Positions 62,553-64,000 of a stretch of 64,000 nucleotides of DNA are shown one piece after another. This DNA is from Anaerolineae bacterium. GTDB taxonomy: Bacteria > Chloroflexota > Anaerolineae > B4-G1 > DUEL01. The stretch spans positions 2,203 to 66,202 of the forward strand of contig JANXCY010000013.1 in assembly GCA_025060135.1 (NCBI GenBank). Reading direction: 5' to 3'. Within the stretch, counting starts at the first letter, position 1. Each line of letters opens with the position of its first letter. A model generated the notes under the pieces. That model did not search any database. It worked only from the letters and a program-made list of their open reading frames with translations, and was not told the origin of the DNA. Made by a program: the position numbers and the translations under genes.

Positions 62553-64000
62553 CTATAGCACCATCGGCTCCCGGTAGAGACCAAAGACCCCCCGGAAGAT
62601 GTCCATGATTTCCTGCAGGGTGGCGTAGGCGCGGACGGCGTTGAGGATATGTGGCATGACGTTCTCCGTCCCCTGGGCGGCGATGCGCAGCCGGTCCAGC
62701 GCCTGCCCCACCGCGCCGTTATCCCGTTCCGCCCGCACCTGAGCCAGCCGTTGGCACTGCCGCCGGTAGCCTTCAGGGTCCATTTTCAGAAGGGGCACCT
62801 GAAGGGGTTCTTCGGCCACGAATTCGTTGACTCCAACGATAATCCGCCGCCGTTCATCAATCTCCCGCTGGTAGCGGTAGGCGGCGTCGGCGATCTCTCT
62901 CTGGAAGAAACCAGCCTCAATGGCCGGGATGACACCACCCAGTGCCGCAATACGGGCGAAGTACTCGTAGGCCTGCCGCTCCAGCCGGTCGGTGAGGGCT
63001 TCTATAACGTAGGAACCACCCAGTGGGTCCACGGTGTTGACCACGCCCGATTCGTGGGCGATAATCTGCTGGGTGCGCAGTGCGATGGTCACGGCGAACT
63101 CGCTGGGCAGCGCCAGCGCCTCGTCCAGCGAGTTGGTGTGCAGCGATTGCGTCCCGCCCAAGACCGCTGCCAGGGCCTGAATGGCGACGCGGACGATGTT
63201 GATCTCCGGCTGCTGGGCAGTAAGCGTGCATCCAGCAGTCTGGGTGTGGAAACGCATCCACCAGGAGCGGGGATTCTTGGCTCCAAAAGTATGGCGCATC
63301 TCGCGCGCCCAGATGCGGCGGGCAGCCCGGAATTTGGCGATCTCTTCCAGAAAGTCGTTGTGACAGTTAAAAAAGAAAGAAAGGCGCGGAGCAAACTCAT
63401 CGATATCCAGACCACGCCGCAGGCACCACCGAACGTACTCCATCCCATCGGCCAGGGTGAAGGCCAGTTCCTGCGCGGCGGTCGCTCCGGCCTCCCGGAT
63501 GTGGTACCCGCTGATGCTGATCGGATTCCACCTGGGGAGATACCGGCTGGCGAACTCTATGGTGTCCGTCACCAGCCGCATAGAGGGCTCCGGCGGGAAG
63601 AGGTACTCTTTCTGGGCAATATACTCTTTGAGGATGTCGTTCTGGATGGTACCGCCCAGTTGGTCCATCCGGACCCCCTGCTTCTCCGCCGCCGCAATGT
63701 ACATGGCCCAGATGACCGCCGCCGGACTGTTGATGGTCATGGACGTGGTGACCTGATCCAGCGGGATACCGTCAAAGAGAATTTCCATGTCCTTCAGCGA
63801 CGAGACAGCGACGCCGCACTTGCCGAACTCCCCCTCCGCTTCCGGGGCGTCGGTGTCGTAGCCCATGAGGGTGGGCAGGTCAAAGGCTACCGAGAGGCCG
63901 GTTTCCCCGTGGGCCAGCAGGTACTTGAAGCGGGCGTTGGTCTCCTCAGCGGTGCCAAATCCAGCGAACATCCGCATCGTCCACAGCCGCCCCCGGTACA
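62553..64000 (-). CDS. Methylmalonyl-CoA mutase family catalytic (N-terminal TIM-barrel) subunit. The N-terminus runs off the window end, so the gene is partial.
   Basis: [42 protein letters not shown] is the MCM substrate-binding barrel. It ends without a B12-binding domain, so this is a split-type MCM or ICM. Confidence 0.85.
   Translation of the reverse strand, partial: YRGRLWTMRMFAGFGTAEETNARFKYLLAHGETGLSVAFDLPTLMGYDTDAPEAEGEFGKCGVAVSSLKDMEILFDGIPLDQVTTSMTINSPAAVIWAMYIAAAEKQGVRMDQLGGTIQNDILKEYIAQKEYLFPPEPSMRLVTDTIEFASRYLPRWNPISISGYHIREAGATAAQELAFTLADGMEYVRWCLRRGLDIDEFAPRLSFFFNCHNDFLEEIAKFRAARRIWAREMRHTFGAKNPRSWWMRFHTQTAGCTLTAQQPEINIVRVAIQALAAVLGGTQSLHTNSLDEALALPSEFAVTIALRTQQIIAHESGVVNTVDPLGGSYVIEALTDRLERQAYEYFARIAALGGVIPAIEAGFFQREIADAAYRYQREIDERRRIIVGVNEFVAEEPLQVPLLKMDPEGYRRQCQRLAQVRAERDNGAVGQALDRLRIAAQGTENVMPHILNAVRAYATLQEIMDIFRGVFGLYREPMVL

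Noticed and set aside
1-64000. CRISPR arrays, rRNA genes, integrases/transposases, prophage or toxin-antitoxin genes.
   Set aside because: No regularly spaced direct repeats beyond the small three-unit repeat at 42735-42790. No rRNA-like conserved blocks. No recombinase or phage structural signatures in any frame.

Overview
This is a high-GC (~67%) bacterial chromosomal segment with 1-4 nt start/stop overlaps between adjacent genes (ATGA/GTGA). The gene content suggests a Chloroflexota-like anaerobe or facultative anaerobe (inference): RodZ, LCP, many GT-C glycosyltransferases, a DUF3782 family protein, NfnAB, a four-subunit 2-oxoacid:ferredoxin oxidoreductase and a tungsten-type aldehyde:ferredoxin oxidoreductase (AOR).

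Described from the sequence (about 70 features):
- A spermidine-synthase-like membrane protein, truncated at the window edge.
- A GT4 glycosyltransferase with no canonical start codon.
- A Family-1 encapsulin operon (EncFtn cargo plus shell) with its own promoter and terminator.
- arsM and nfnAB.
- A SEDS (FtsW/RodA)-PBP fusion whose transpeptidase motifs are all degenerate.
- A 988-aa DUF2723 GT-C protein carrying a low-GC palindromic in-frame insertion.
- rarA, xseB, AOR behind a long structured leader with a terminator/antiterminator, a DksA-like protein, lspA, rluD, rodZ and korDABC.
- A tRNA-Sec (anticodon UCA) with a consensus promoter.
- A GH36 alpha-galactosidase, two tandem hsp20 genes with hairpin/anti-SD leaders, and a GT2 polyprenol-phosphate glycosyltransferase.
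- A frameshifted DUF3782 gene, argF, rdgB, glmM, an AGPS-like FAD oxidase, an LCP protein with a Pro/Thr linker, a YqeB-like protein, a MenA-like protein and an M20 peptidase.
- A 12.4-kb co-directional array of six GT-C glycosyltransferase genes (one is YfhO; five share a C-terminal beta module). It is followed by two DUF1080 lipoproteins and VanW.
- rmlD, lepA, an RRM protein, cspA, and a methylmalonyl-CoA-mutase-type gene truncated at the far edge.

Most interesting candidates:
- the GT-C/YfhO array as a putative protein or cell-wall glycosylation system;
- the dead-transpeptidase SEDS-PBP fusion;
- the riboswitch-like AOR leader;
- tRNA-Sec;
- the MITE-like in-frame insertion.
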